Below are positions 33,260 through 46,500 of a stretch of 64,000 bases of DNA, piece by piece. The stretch is from Eledone cirrhosa (lineage: Eukaryota). The notes below the pieces were generated by a model. It had not been told where the DNA came from, searched no databases, and saw nothing but the letters and a program-made list of their open reading frames with translations. A program made the translations under genes and the position numbers. Within the stretch, counting starts at the first letter, position 1. Every line of letters begins with the position of its first letter. The stretch spans positions 148,304,001-148,368,000 of the forward strand of contig OZ024741.1 in NCBI GenBank assembly GCA_964016885.1, given 5' to 3'.

Positions 33260-35137
33260 TCGTAAACAGCAATAACACTAACCATGTTAAGGCTGCGCAC
33301 AGTAGTGGAGTGGCTAGTGTGGCCATGTGTGAGAACTCCACGACCGTCAACAAGCAATTGCACAACAGGAAAAAGAACGGGATGTCGCATCTCAGAGTTG
33401 CTACACTTAATGTTGGCACTCTAACAGGTAGATCTGGTGAGATTGCAGAGATGCGGGAGAGAAAGCATGTGGATGTGTGCTGTGTGCAAGAGGTGCAAGA
33501 CTAATCGCAGGCAAACATCATAGTTATAAGCTTTTCTGGGTGGGTAATGATGATGGGTTAGGTGGGGGTGGACATATTACTGGCTGAGAGCTGGATCAAT
33601 AAGACAATAGAGGTAGTTAGAGTTAGTAATAGAATAATTAAGCTTAGATTAGTTGTAGGTAGGAGACTACTGACAATCATCTCTGCCTATGCTCCCCAGG
33701 CAGGCCTAGGTAAAGAAGAGAAAGACGGCTTTTACGAGCAACTTTTACAAACAGCCTCAATGACAGAGGACAGAGACATCGTTATGCTAGCAGGGGACTT
33801 CAATGGACATGTTGGACAGCTCCAGGATGGATACACTGGGGTACATGGTGGGAACGGTTACGGCTCAAGAAATGAAGAAGGAGTGAGGCTTCTTGAATTT
33901 TGTGATGCAAATGCACTAACCATTTGCAACACTAACTTCCAGAAGCTTACCAACCACCTAATAACCTACAAATCAGGTGAGCACATAAGCCAAATTGACT
34001 TCCTGCTAGTTAGACAGTGAGACAGACAGATGGTGTCAAATACTAAGGCTTACCCTGGGGAAGAATGTACCCCACAGCATAGTTTAGTCGTTAGTGACAT
34101 CTCAGTAAGCATGAGAAAGAATGAGAAATACAGGAAGGTGTGGAAAAGAAAGGTCTTGAAGCTAAATACCTTTCATTAAAATATAAATTTAGCAAAGCCC
34201 TTCAAGATGCGTACGACGAAAAAGATGACGATTTAGAGTTGCATGACATAGATGATAACTGGAATTTCTTGCGTGACAACTTACTGCAGGCTACTGAAGA
34301 AACTGGTGGTTGGGGCAGAGCTTCCATCAGACAGAGATTGACCTGGTGGTTGAACAGCACGGTAGATAGGGCCATTAGAGACAAAAGACTGGCATGGGAA
34401 ACTTGGAAAAATGGTGGGAGTAGAGATGGATACATAGCCGCTAAGAGAGAAGCTAGAAGTAATCGCAGTGATAGACTCATTTTTCCAATGCAGGTGGGTT
34501 CTATAGAAGTGGTTGATAGCTTCCGGTACCTAGGTGATCAGATTAGCATGGGAGGGGGGTGTTCCGAGGCCATAGTATCTAGAATAAGGACGAGTTGGAA
34601 GAAGTTTAGGGAGCTACTCCCTCTGTTGACAAAGAAGGGTTTCTCCCTGCATACGAAAGGACGGTTATGTGATGCCTGTGTCAGATGCGCGATGCTGCAT
34701 GGTAGTGAGACATGGGTAGCAACTGCAGATGATATGAGTCAGCTGGAGAGAAATGAAGCAAGTATGCTCTGTTGGATGTGCAATCTCAATGTGCGTGAAC
34801 GACCAAGCATGGACGAGTTGAGAAAGAAACTGAGTATAAGAGGGATGAGCTGTGGTGTGCAGGAGAGAAGGCTGAGATGGTATGGACATATGATGCGCAT
34901 GGAGGATGACCGATGGGTGAAGAAGTGCCAGGAAGTCCCAGTGGAGGGAAGACGCAGTAGAGGTAGACCACGAAAAACATCGGCGGAGGTGGTGAGAGCA
35001 GACCTCAGATCGCTGAAACTCACGGAGGAGATGACGAAGGACCGTGACAAGTGGAGAGATGCTGTGCTGAATAGGACCTGTCCCACCCTTGCAAGCAGGG
35101 AAAAGCGGACGTAAAATGATGATGATGATGATGATGA

Positions 35138-35140
<3 letters not shown>
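33260..35140 (+). mobile_element. Internally deleted RTE LINE (APE joined to the C-terminus, RT core missing)
   Basis: TLNVGT, SAYAPQ and GDFNGH are present; the sequence jumps from AAKREAR to VEVVDSFRYLG near 34460; (GAT)n tail then (TA)n. Confidence 0.9.
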
Positions 35141-35197
<57 letters not shown>

Positions 35198-35289
35198 GTG
35201 TGTAGTGTAAGTATGTATGTATGTATATATATATATATATATTGCTTCAATTTAATGCCTTAAATGTTCAAGCCTTCTGCTATCAACCC

Positions 35290-35830
35290 ACAAACGCAGG
35301 GCCACAACAACAAAAGTGTACTGTACCTAGGTATTGACATGAGTAATGATGCATCGTTTCATGCACACATTCCCAGAATGATGGCAATGTGAAGACGATT
35401 GGTAGATTAGATTCTGGGGACTTTTAGGGCCGGAGATCCGAAAACCATGTTGGTCCTCTGGAGGACTTTCGTTCAGCCAACTAGACTATTGCTCTCAGCT
35501 GTGGTCACCTCACTGTGTCATACTAACCACAGAACTTGAAGCAATCCAACGAAGCTCCACCAAGAGGATTGCCTCTGTGAAGGAGATGAGGCTGAACAAA
35601 CTAAAGTGCTACACTCTGGACCAAAGACAGGAGAGATATGCTGTGATATACGTATGGAAGATCCTCAAAGGGCCAGCACTAAACTTCAGCATTGAGACCT
35701 TGACCAGCCCACAAACAGGGCACCACTGTGTAGTGCCAAAGGTTTCATCCTTCACATGAAAAATAAGAACCAGATATGGCCTGGGGTTTGAAGGCCCTCG
35801 GCTCCTTAATAAGGAGTGTTTGTGGACTCT
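35290..35830 (+). mobile_element. Degenerate CR1/L2-group LINE RT C-terminal fragment
   Basis: Translated pieces YLGIDMS, LDYCSQLWSP, ELEAIQR, LKCYTLDQRQERYAVIYVWKILKG. Confidence 0.7.
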
Positions 35831-35846
35831 TCCCCCACAACCCCCT

Positions 35847-35877
<31 letters not shown>

Positions 35878-36430
35878 AGTTTAGATCGATATCCAGTGAT
35901 TTCAATCTCGTTGTTTAAAATTTGCTCAATAAATTCATTTGGAGCACACACATAGGATTAATTGTAATACAACATTCTCAGTCAGAAGCCTAAGCTATGA
36001 AAACAGTGTAATTATTGTATCGACGGATTAACATATGAAAACGTTAAAGTATTCACAATTTCATCAATTGAAACAGCCAATATCCTCCTAGTTTAGTACA
36101 CACAAACCCACGTCTAAGCCCGTATAGAACTGTTTCAAATTCCGTGGAGAATCTGCAGGTCATCGATTAATAATAAATCCATAACCAGCAAATTCCAGGC
36201 AAGGGAATTCTCAGCGTACAGCAGTCCTATGAGGGATTTCCAAAAATCTACCTTAGCACTAAATTTTCAAGTCGGTACCGGTATCCCACACGTGACATTA
36301 ACTGCTTGTCGATCAGCAAATGACAGCAGCAATGGCTGACTGGCTGATGTTGGCGGTAATACTCAATATAGCAGCATGAATCCACCAATATGGAGCACTT
36401 GGCTATAATTTATATATATATATATATATA

Positions 36431-38737
36431 ATGGAAAATTTGAACAGGAACAAAACAGAGAGGCAGTACAACGAATGTTTATTAATTTCACGCTCTGGAG
36501 AGTGGGGTGGTGGTAGGGAACGACGTTTCGGCCATAAGCCCTTCCTCAGGTGAGAAGTGTGTGGGAATAGAATTCAAAGGGTGTGTAGGGGAGTGGTGGA
36601 GAGACATATAGCGAAAGGAAACGGTGCGAATGAAATTAAAAATAAAAACAAAAATAAAGCATGATCAAAATAAAAAGAAATGAAATAAAAATAAATATAA
36701 AAGCATGATCAAAATAAACTGAAATTAAAAAGGGGTAAAACAGGTGGTGGAAGGGTGTGGGGTGTGTAGGGGTGGTGGCGGGTGGAGTGGGGAGAGGGAG
36801 ACGGGGTGTCCGAGCGGGGAGGGCTGGAGGTGGTGTGTGTGTGTAGGTGTATGTGTGTGTGTGTGTGTGTGTGTATGTGAAAGCAAGGGTTAGGGGAAGA
36901 ACGGGGTTGCATGTTCAGGAAGAGGTGTGTGTGGGGGGGGTGTAGGTCGGAGTGTCTGTGCGTGTGTGGATAGAGGGGTGGGGGGAGAGGAATCAGGAGG
37001 CTGAGGGTGTAAATATGTGGTGGAAAGCACGTGTGTGTGGGGTTTAAGCGTGTTGTAGGTGTAGGTGGCGTGTGGGAGAAAAAACATTTTTTGGGTGTGT
37101 GTGTGTGGGTGAGTTATATAGGTGATTCCGCAAGAGGATGGTTGAAATGCTGGTAAATTCCTATGATGTTAGTAGATTCTGCGGTGGTCAAGTTCCACAT
37201 ACGAGTATTCCATGAAGAGATGGTCGGAAGAGGAGAGATGTGGGGTGCGCGCGCAACAGGAAGTGGTCAAGGGGGTGGGAGTGTTGTGTGTCTGTTTGTG
37301 CTGGGAGGTGGTCAGAGGGCATAGCAGCAGTCGGGTGGAATGGTAAAGGGGCGAGGATGGGTAGGTGTGAAAGTTGGAGTGAGGAGGGTGTGTGTGTGTA
37401 TTAGTAGAGGTGTTAGTGGGATGAGTGAGTGTGGAGAAAGGGTGTGGGTGGAGCGGGGAGAGAAGAGTGTGTGTAGTTCGATGGAGGGAGTGTGGTGTAC
37501 TGGTGTGTGTGTAGTTTGATGAAGGGGGTGTTAGTGGGTATTAGTATACGGGAGGTGGGGAAAGGGTTGAATGTGGGTGTGAGTGGGGGTTAGTGGTGGT
37601 AGGGTGTGTAGAGTTGGTGGTGTACGAGGGTGTCTGGGTACGTGTGCGTGGGGTTGGGGGTGTTAGTGATGTTAGTTGCGTGTGGGGTGGGTGGTGTAAG
37701 TGGGTACGTGTGTTCGTGTGCTTGGGGTCAGGGGGTATTAGTGAGGTTAGTTGCGGGGTGGTGGGATGGAGGTGTGGGGGTGAGGGTTAGTGGTGGTAGT
37801 AGGGTGTGTGTTTAGTGTGAGCGCGTGTATATATGTGCCGGTGGGTGTGTGCGTGTGATAAGGAGGGGGGAGAAGAAGGGAGGGATGTTAGTATGTTAGT
37901 TGGGGAAGGGTGGTCGGATGAGGGGTGGAGTGGAGGTGTTAGTATTGTTAGTTGTGGGGTGGGAGGTGAAAAGGAGGGGTGTTAGTGGTGTTAGTGGGGG
38001 ATATGTGTGGGGGGAGGGGGGCGGTCGAAGGCTAAAGGAATAAGGGTGGGGAGTTCAGGCCGGGGAGAGTGTGGGTCTGTAAGATGAAGATGGTTCTTTG
38101 TTCGACTCTAAGGAGATTGGCGGGTGTTCCGTGACATTGGAGTAGGCCACAGACTGTGAGATGGCGTGCGGAATGTCCAGGGGCACCGAAGTGGCGGGCG
38201 ATGGGGGAACTACAACCGAGACGAATATCCCGGAGGTGCTCAGTGAATCGGTCCGCCAGGCGACGTCCCGTCTGTCCGACGTAAGTCGCGCTGCACTCCA
38301 TGCAGCGAAGTCCGTAGACTAGGTTGGAGGAGGTGCAGCGGAAGGCATGCCGGACAGAGAGAGAGTGGCCGTTGGGACCCTGGAAGGTGGTGGTGTTGGT
38401 GATGTGGGGACAGGTGTTGCAGCGGAGCCTAGAAAAGGGAAAGGAACCGGGTGGGGAAAAAGAGCGTGGGTTGGGGGATAGGGAGCTGTGGACGATGAGG
38501 GTGCGGAGATTGCGTGCGCGTTTGAAGGAGGGGAGTGGTGGGGTTGGGAAGATGTGGGAGGTGGAGGGGTCGGACTGGAGGCGTCGGAAGAGGCGGCGGA
38601 TGGTGCGGTGGAGGGGTAAGGTGGAGGGGTGGTAGGTGATGGGGAAGGGGAGACGGTGGGTAGGTGTGCGGTGGCGTGGGGTGAGGGTGGTGGAGCGGTG
38701 GAGAGCACGGGCGCGAGTGAGAGCGGTGTGGACGAGA
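36431..38737 (-). mobile_element. Penelope-like element, 3' part (Neptune-type linker, GIY-YIG, long C-rich 3' region)
   Basis: Minus-strand translation TYHP...FKRARNLR...RCNTCPHI...CTSSNLVYGLRCMECSATYVGQTGRRLADRFTEH...GLN. Hammerhead-like CTGAGGAAGGGC-TTATG-GCCGAAACGTCG at about 36518-36550. Ends in (TA)n. Confidence 0.85.
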
Positions 38738-39162
38738 AGATCAAAAGATGGTTAAATGAGTTCCATGTATTTTATTATGCGCATTTCAAAAACAAATATC
38801 ATCATGCAATAACATTTGTGTTTTCATCAGATAAAATGGGAAGACACGATATGAAGGTTAAAAACACTTGTGGATAGTGCAGTTTTAAATCAACATATGA
38901 AAAGTAGTTTTAGATTGATGTGTGATATTGGGGGAAAATTTTTTTAGGGGGGGGGGTGTTGGAAAGGATGAAAAAGAGGAGGAGATGAGAGTAAAAAGTG
39001 GAGGGGGAAGAGTATAATGAGGAAGGATGAGATAGGAGGAGAGATGGGTGATAGAGAGAGAGAGATAGCTTTTATAACTGAGAAAAATATATTGTTTTAC
39101 ATAGAGAGGTTGAAAAACCGTTGGAAGATAATGTATAAATTAAAAGAATTTGAAAATTAACG

Positions 39163-39305
39163 AATATTATTAAACCCTTAAATATTATTCTTAATACATA
39201 TTAACATTTTCTTTCCATCGCACATATTATTAAACCCTTAAATATTATTCTTAATACATATTAACAATTTCTTTTCATCGCACATATTATTAAACCCTTC
39301 AATAT
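39163..39305 (+). repeat. 60-bp tandem repeat, about 2.3 copies; also at about 42770-42945
   Basis: Unit ATATTATTAAACCCTTAAATATTATTCTTAATACATATTAACATTTTCTTTCCATCGCAC. Confidence 0.85.
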
Positions 39306-39655
39306 ACAAACCTTAACTTTTCATTATTTTTCTCTTCGTTAATTTTCAAATTCTTTTAATTTATACATTATCTTCCAACGGTTTTTCAACCTCTCTATGT
39401 AAAACAATATATTTTTCTCAGTTATAAAAGCTATCCCCCTCTCTCTATCACCCATCTCTCCTCCTATCTCATCCTTCCTCATTATACTCCTCCCCCTCCA
39501 CTTTTTACTCTCATCTCCTCCTCTTTTTCATCCCCCCCTCCTCAAAAAAAAATTTTTTCCCCCAATATCACACATCAATCTAAAACTACTTTTCATATGT
39601 TGATTTAAAACTGCACTATCCACAAGTGTTTTTAACCTTCATATCATGTCTTCCC

Positions 39656-39724
39656 ATTTTATCTGATGAAAACACAAATGTTATTGCATGATGATATTTG
39701 TGTTTGAAATGCGCATTATAAAAT
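39656..39724 (+). ncRNA. Type I hammerhead ribozyme in the pLTR; copies at 43286-43354 (+, C3U) and 38769-38837 (-)
   Basis: ATTTTAT-CTGATGA-[AAACACAAATGTTATT/GATGATATTTGTGTTT stem II]-GAAA-T-GCGC-A-T-T^-ATAAAAT. Confidence 0.85.
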
Positions 39725-39932
39725 ACATGGAACTCATTTAACCATCTTTTGATCTTATATATTATGTATACTCCAGTCCTACAAACTGTAGAGTGCTTCT
39801 TATCCGATATCTGCATTGCTTTATTGTACTACAATAAAACTCACCTCCTACATTAACTTGCTCCTTAACGGTTGAGCGCTAACTCTCATATTGGATACCT
39901 TTTGATGGTCCTTTACCTTTTTCTTCTACAAC

Positions 39933-42332
39933 ATGGATTATTACAACATAACCAATTCAACTAAAGACATTCCTATACCTGGTAAATCTGAATTCACCAA
40001 ACTTCTAATTGAAAAAACCGACTCCTTTGTAAGAAGACTTAGATGGACAGCTTATTTCTATGACCAGCGCCTAAAAGGGAACTTCTATACCAAGGAACAT
40101 AACTTCCTCGATCATCTATTTAATTCTAGAAGAAATCCTCCTCCAACAAAAATCTAGTGCAATTCGAGGAAGAGTTAACAAATATTATAAAAAATCTTAA
40201 ATTCAAGAGATACCCTTACAAAGGACAAGAGCACCTTGTAAATCTCAAGAACACAATTTCAAACCTAAATTCCTCAAAAAATGTTTTAGTCCACTCTGAC
40301 AAAACCAATAATTTATATGGTATTTCCAAGGATAATTATAACAACCTTATCCTAAAGCAACTTAGGAAAAAATATCGTAAAACCAACCATGATAATTTAG
40401 AATCCATAAACTTTGAAGCCTCTGAGATTATGTCAAAACTTGGCATCGGAAAAAAGACCGAACCATTCCTCCCAAGAACTCCGAGGATAAATCTCAAGGA
40501 TCACAAAAACAATTTTCGCACTGAACTACCTGTTAGATTAATCGCCCCCTCTAAATCAGATCTGGGGGTTATTAGTAAAGCCATCTTGGATAGAATTATC
40601 CCACAGGTTTGTTCTAATTGCTCTTCTTTGAACTTAAATTTATGGTTTGGTACTTCTGAAGTGATTGGCTGGTTCAACAAATTGAATAATAAAAACAAAC
40701 TAAAATTTGTTCAATTTGATATTGCCAGCTACTATTCTTCTATTTCGCCTTCACTTCTCAACAATGCTCTATCTTTCGCATTTAAATATTCTGACATCAC
40801 CACAGATGAACTTCACATCATTCTCACCGCACGTAAAACCATCCTTGAGTTCAACAATGAATATTGGACCAGAGCTGATACCTCTAACAACTTCGACATC
40901 ACAATGGGAGCATCCGATTCATCCCAATTGACAGATTTAATTGGTATCTTTATTTTGAACTCTTTGAGTCGGAAAATTCCTCAACTTCATGGTGGAATTT
41001 ATCGTGACGATGGACTCTTTACTATCTTAAACTGCAACATAGTTAACCTTAATATTATTAAGAACAATATACGTAATCTCTTTAACCAACATAACCTAAA
41101 AATTGAATTTGATAACAGCATCAAACTAGCTAATTTCTTGGATGTATCTCTTAATCTTGACACTGGCCTATATTACCCTTACCATAAAAACAATGAGAAC
41201 CTAAATTATGTTAATTTTAAATCTAACCACCCTACTAATCTTAAGAATGCTATAGTTAGTAATATTGGAAAAAGAATATCTAACCTATCTTCTAATAAAA
41301 AACATCTTTGATGCTAACGCCAATTACTATAATAACGCGCTTTCTAAAGCCGGCTATCCTGATAAAATCAAATATAATAAAGAAACAAATTCTAGAAGAT
41401 CTTACAGTAGAATAATTAATCATGATCATTCCAATAACTTTAATAAAAGACCTAGATACAAAAACATAATCTGGTATAATGCTCCTTTCTCCATCTCTAT
41501 TAATAATAATATTCCTAAATTATTCTTTAGTGCCTTAAATAAATGCTTCCCTCCCTCACATATCTATAGTAAAATATTTAACAAACACACTATAAAATTT
41601 TCCTATTCGACATCCTCCAACATTTCCAACATTATCTCTCAACACAACAATAAAATACTAAATACTAAATCTCTTCCTTCCAACACTGAATATCATAATA
41701 ATAGTAATAGTACTCCCGACGTCATTGTAAACTCTAGGCTAATTTCTGCAAACCCAAATACAACGTCAAACACAACTTCGCTAAATGTTCTTAATCCCAT
41801 TCTAAATCAAGAAACCATTATTCCTATCGCAAATAACTTCTCCAATCCAATTCCTTCTATAGATAACACTAGGTCACTCGTTAATAATCTCTCTAATCGC
41901 AATTGCAATTGCCCTGCTAAAAATAAATGTCCTCTCAACAACCATTGTCTTGATAAAAACTTAATCTAAGAATGTAAAGTTATAACTGACACCAATTCCT
42001 TCACCTATTTTGGCTCCACTTCCACCTCCTTTAAAGCTCGTCTTTATAATCATCATTCGTCTTTTAAATACCAACTTAAAAGAACCAACACGGCTCTCTC
42101 AGAACTCATATGGTCCTTGAAAGACAAAAATATTAAATATAACATCTCCTGGAAAAAGGTTTCTTCTGCTTCTTCAGACTTGAACAGTTCTCTATCCAAG
42201 ACTTGCAATCTCTGTCTAAATGAAAAATTTACCATTATATCTAATTTAGATTCTATAATAAATAGAGGCACTGACTTGTTTTCTATCTGCTTGCATAAAT
42301 TCCACAGAACTTTCCATAAAGTATACAGCTAA
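39933..42332 (+). pseudogene. Disrupted RT plus GIY-YIG ORF of the Naiad-type element
   Basis: ORF pieces broken by frameshifts near 40150 and 41300 and a TAA at 41967-41969. Confidence 0.88.
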
Positions 42333-43478
42333 TATCCTAAACTTTATCAATTCAGAATCCTTTTCTCAAAGGCACATATATATATATATACTTCTTTAAA
42401 AATATACCCATCTTTCTACCTTATTTCAAAGTTATTTATTATACATTATATAATACTTGTTACTCATTCTATATCACTCCTATTTATCACTTCCCTTTCT
42501 TCCTTTTCCTTTTCTTTTCTTTTTCTTTTAATTTCTAACCCCTAATCTGTACCTTTTCTCACTGTGCCTAACATAGAAACAATTATTACACTATACAATA
42601 TATTCTTACTTTATATCACCTTGAAAAAATCCTTCGTAAACATAAACATTTTTTTTTTTTGACGTTAGATTATTCATCCTCTATTCATTATTTTTTTCTC
42701 ACTTTCATCTAACTTATTCATGCTCATCTCACAATATATCCTTACTTACATTACTTTTGTTTTTTTAATAATACATATCAACATTTTCTTTCCATCGCAC
42801 ATATTATTAAACCCTTAAATATTATTCTTAATACATATTAACATTTTCTTTCCATCGCACATATTATTAAACCCTTAAATATTATTCTTAATACATATTA
42901 ACAATTTCTTTTCATCGCAAATATTATTAAACCCTTCAATATACAAACCTTAACTTTACATTATTTTTCTCTTCGTTAATTTTCAAATTCTTTTAATTTA
43001 TACATTATCTTTCAACGGTTTTTCAACCTCTCTATGTAAAACAATATATTTTTCTCAGTTATAAAAGCTATCCCCCTCTCTCTATCACCCATCTCTCCTC
43101 CTATCTCATCCTTCCTCATTATACTCCTCCCCTCCACTTTTTACTCTCATCTCCTCCTCTTTTTCACCCCCCCCCCCTCAAATCCCCCCCCCCAATATCA
43201 CACATCAATCTAAAACTACTTTTCATATGTTGATTTAAAACTGCACTATCCACAAGTATTTTTAACCTTCATATCATGTCTTCCCATTTTATTTGATGAA
43301 AACACAAATGTTATTGCATGATGATATTTGTTTTTGAAATGCGCATAATAAAATACATGGAACTCATTTAACCATCTTTTGATCTTATATATTATGTATA
43401 CTCCAGTCCTACAAACTGTAGAGTGCTTCTTATCCGATATCTGCATTGCTTTATTGTACTACAATAAAACTCACCTCC

Positions 43479-43510
<32 letters not shown>

Positions 43511-43513
<3 letters not shown>

Positions 43514-46500
43514 AAAAAGATGAAATCGAAAATGCAACTGGAGTCTTATTTTTTTAAATATATATATTTATTTGGTTCCTTTACCGGTTTCGCAGTTCTT
43601 CTGCTTTTCAAAAGTAGAGTTGAGATGGAGGGTCTGTGGTTTTTCTCACATCTGGTTGGGGTTGGTCTTAGAATGTTACTTGTTTTATATGGAAAAAGTG
43701 GCTCGAAACGCCACGTTTTTAGAGAAGTAATTTGATTGGTTGGTCAATAAGTATAATAAATTTCGCGCCAGTTCGCGTTACAAAGTTCTTCAAACAAGGT
43801 GTGTGTGTGTGGGGTGGGTGGGGTTTGGGGGGGTTCATATATGAGTGAAGTTTGGTTGGTTGATGCACATCAGCTTTCGCACCAGTTTGTTTGAATTTCT
43901 TTTTACTTAAAAAAAGGGGCTCACGAAGGCTTTTTTTTTTTATAAATGTAATTTGATTGGTTATAAATAAAATTATGGCTGTCACGTGAACAAGTTCTAT
44001 AATTTCGCGCCCGTATTTGGGAATTTATTTTGTAGCCTTTTAGAGAATTTTATGGCAAACAAAAGATAATGGTCAAGAGAAATGGGATGGCGGGAATTGT
44101 TCTGGTTCAGTGAATATGGCTGGTTCGCTGGTGTGTCAGAATTCAGACGTTCGAGCGTTTCGAGCCACTTTTTTCCATATAAAACAAGTAACATTCTAAG
44201 ACCAACCAGATGTGAGAAAAACCACAGACCCTCCATCTCAACTCTACTTTTGAAAAGCAGAAGAACTGCGAAACCGGTTAAGGAACCAAATAAATATATA
44301 TATTTAAAAAAAAAAAAGACTCCAGTTGCATTTTCGATTTCATCTTTTTTTCTTTATACTTTCACTCGTGTAGGACACCTCGGTTATTTTTCATTTTGTA
44401 AAAAACCTCACTTTCTAATACATACCCACCACACTATGACGGAAAATGCCACCAAAGTCTCAACAAAACAACAATTCACTGAACCAGGACATCTTAAATG
44501 AACTCAAAGAGATTTCCTCTAAACTTTCAATTTTGACCAACAAAGTGGACCAAATACAAATCTATAAAAAAGGATCACACGAAGAAACAGAAAATACCCA
44601 AGAGACGAATATTACTCCAGCATTAACTAAACTAATCGAAACCATTGAAACAACAATGCTCCAAAAGCTGGAACAACCATTAGAACCCAATCTACGAGAT
44701 GTCCACTCAGTGAAAAACACCCTAATCAATATATGAACTCAAAAGCTCACAGCCCGCAAATTCGCCTTTTGGAATCTCCTAAAAGATAATGGCAAGGCAG
44801 ACATATATGAAAAGTAGCTAAAACCCATCCCGAAATAAAATCATTTTTTAGACCAAGGCTACATGACCCACGACACCCGGTGGCACAAACCGATTTTGAA
44901 AAACCGAAAAATAATCAACCTTTCAAATACAAACCTCTCCAACAAGTTAAAATTCTCTCCAAAGGACTGAAATTTACACCAACACCACAATACTCTAACC
45001 TCAATGAGATAAATGACGATATCTCACACTTCTGTAGAAAATTACGTCTCACATAGGAATTCTTTGACAAGGAGAATAACGACCAATCAATTGTACGGAA
45101 TAAAAGCAGTTACAATCCAACAAAAGGTAGAAACAGAGTTCTGGACAAATTTTGTGACCACATAGCTACTTTCCCATACCATGAACTACCGCAACCTAAA
45201 CCCAAACCCAACACGAGTCGAAGGGAATGGGAGATCATCCATGAACTAAAAAACAATACGGACATTATAATTAAGGAAGCGGACAAGAGAAGTACTGTTG
45301 TCATTATGGATGCTGAAAAATATAAAAATTCTATGCTCTCTCTCTTACAAAATACTAATTACTATGAAAGAGTAAAAAACTACCAGCAATCAAAAACAAT
45401 GACCAGATTAAACACACTGATTTGTCGATACCAGGAAGACTTAACTAAAAAGGAACGCGATTATTTAACACATTTTGAATACAAAACCACCAACCTTTAC
45501 GGACTTCCGAAGATCCACAAGTGTAAAATAATTAACGATGCCTGTAAACAATCCACCTCAGCCTGCGTGAACACACAATACCCCACAGACCTTAAATTAA
45601 GACCAATTGTAGCGGGCCCACAATGTGAAACACATATACTGAGCAACTTTATAGACATACTACTAAAACCAATTCTCAAACACATACCAAGCCTTGTAAG
45701 AGACGATCTGGACCTCTTAAACCATCTCCCCAAACATGTCAACAACGACGCTATTATTTTGTCTTTTGATGTAGTGAATCTCTACACAACGATCCCACAC
45801 CAATACGGACCAGAAACAATAGGATTCTGGCTAGAGAAATATCCCAATGAGATACCTGGCAGAATAGAAAAAAGCTTCATCTCCGAGGGATTAAAATTTA
45901 TCTTACAGAACAACTTTTTTTATTTCGATGGTAGTACTTACAAGAAAATATCGGGGGCTGCGATGGGTACAAAAGCCGCTCCAACTTATGCCAACTTAGT
46001 CATGGGATACTTAGAAGTCCAGATATATGAACAGTCCAAATCAAAATACAGATTGAACTTCCACAAATATTTTTCAGAGAATTGGAAACGCTACTTGGAT
46101 GATTGTCTCATTCTTTGGTCCCATACACTCGACCAACTGAATGATTTCAAAAATTTAATTAACGGCATCAATAACCACATCCAATTCACAATGGAATACA
46201 GCCAAGATCAACTCCCTTTTCTGGACATCTTAATCTTAAAAAAAGACACAAATATTGAAACTGACATACACTACAAACCAACAGATTCCAAATAATACCT
46301 GCTATTCACCTCCAACCATCCAAAGCACACGAAGACGAACATTCCTTTTAACCTAGCAAGAAGAATTTGCACAATTGTCTCCAATTATGAAACGTGAAAT
46401 AAAAGACTTCAAGAATTAAAGGAAATTCTACTCGAAAGACAGTACCCACCATTACTAATAAATAATGGAATAGAAAGGGCTAAAGCAATAGGCATTGATG

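Larger units (their letters stand above)
38738..43482 (+). mobile_element. Penelope-like element, probably Naiad clade: inverted partial pLTR (38738-39165), pLTR (about 39165-39852), ORF, pLTR (about 42770-43482)
   Basis: Direct repeat 39310-39852 / 42950-43482 and an inverted copy 38738-39165. ORF has RT (FDI..YYSSI, ITMGA, GIYRDDG, FLDV) and GIY-YIG with CNC..CPL..C, CNLCLNEK and C-x-H motifs. Confidence 0.9.

Noticed and set aside
36709-38744. Pro/His/Gly/Val-rich ORFs
   Set aside because: Low-complexity translations of the C-rich Penelope 3' region or alternate frames of its ORF.
39163-39305. CRISPR-like repeat array
   Set aside because: Head-to-tail 60-bp units with no unique spacers, inside a eukaryotic pLTR.
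39933-42332. Selenocysteine recoding in the Naiad-type ORF (some Naiads are selenoproteins)
   Set aside because: The conserved cysteines are TGC/TGT. The interruptions are frameshifts and a TAA, not in-frame TGA at Cys positions.
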